Source: a virus. From it: a stretch of 64,000 nucleotides of DNA. The notes beneath the pieces were generated by a model. It saw only the letters and a list, made by a program, of their open reading frames with translations, was not told the origin of the DNA and did no database searches. Shown here piece by piece: positions 63,933 through 64,000 of this stretch. The number at the start of each line of letters is the position of its first letter. Position 1 is the stretch's first letter. A program made the translations under genes and the position numbers. The DNA lies in IMG/VR virus record IMGVR_UViG_3300025006_000320; one strand, given 5' to 3'.

Positions 63933-64000
63933 TTTATGCAAGGCGGCGCGCGGCCGCGAATGTCAGGTGCGGATCCCCGGCGTATGCAATGGCGACCCTG
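63925..64000 (+). CDS. YbcO/DUF1364, 5' part (cut by the window end)
   Basis: Copy of the start of 17612..17902. Confidence 0.8.
   Translation, partial: MANLCKAARGRECQVRIPGVCNGDP

Larger units (their letters stand above)
46314..64000. repeat. Second copy of 1..17687 (concatemer or circular over-run)
   Basis: Same ORFs at +46313; runs to the window end. Confidence 0.97.

Noticed and set aside
46314-64000. Biological long terminal repeat or gene amplification
   Set aside because: It starts mid-gene, runs to the window edge and appears identical; a circular or concatemer representation is simpler.

Overview
The window holds one complete 46,313-bp temperate phage genome of an enterobacterium in its excised (attP) form, followed by an apparently exact second copy of its first 17,687 bp (position n = n+46,313; spot-checked by eye and by identical ORF tracks). 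No host DNA is present. The early region is lambdoid: int/xis, exonuclease, kil, cI/cro/cII, O-type initiator with iterons plus a DnaC-like loader, ninB-ninE-ybcO-rusA, Q and holin/endolysin/spanins. The virion region is a contractile-tailed (myovirus) set of the DUF1073 portal / DUF2213 / DUF3383 sheath type. A P22 immI-like module (mnt, arc, sar, ant) sits inside the tail operon. The most notable observations are: (1) a Nudix hydrolase fused to the N-terminus of the head maturation/scaffold protein; (2) an HK022 put-like antiterminator RNA after pL, with no N gene; (3) a -1 frameshift site in the tail chaperone with a long dual-coding stretch that the ORF track misses; (4) the same FCCH-like beta domain inserted in three virion proteins; (5) several structured RNA elements that suggest an RNA-level control layer. 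Family names come from motif recognition and memory, not from database searches.
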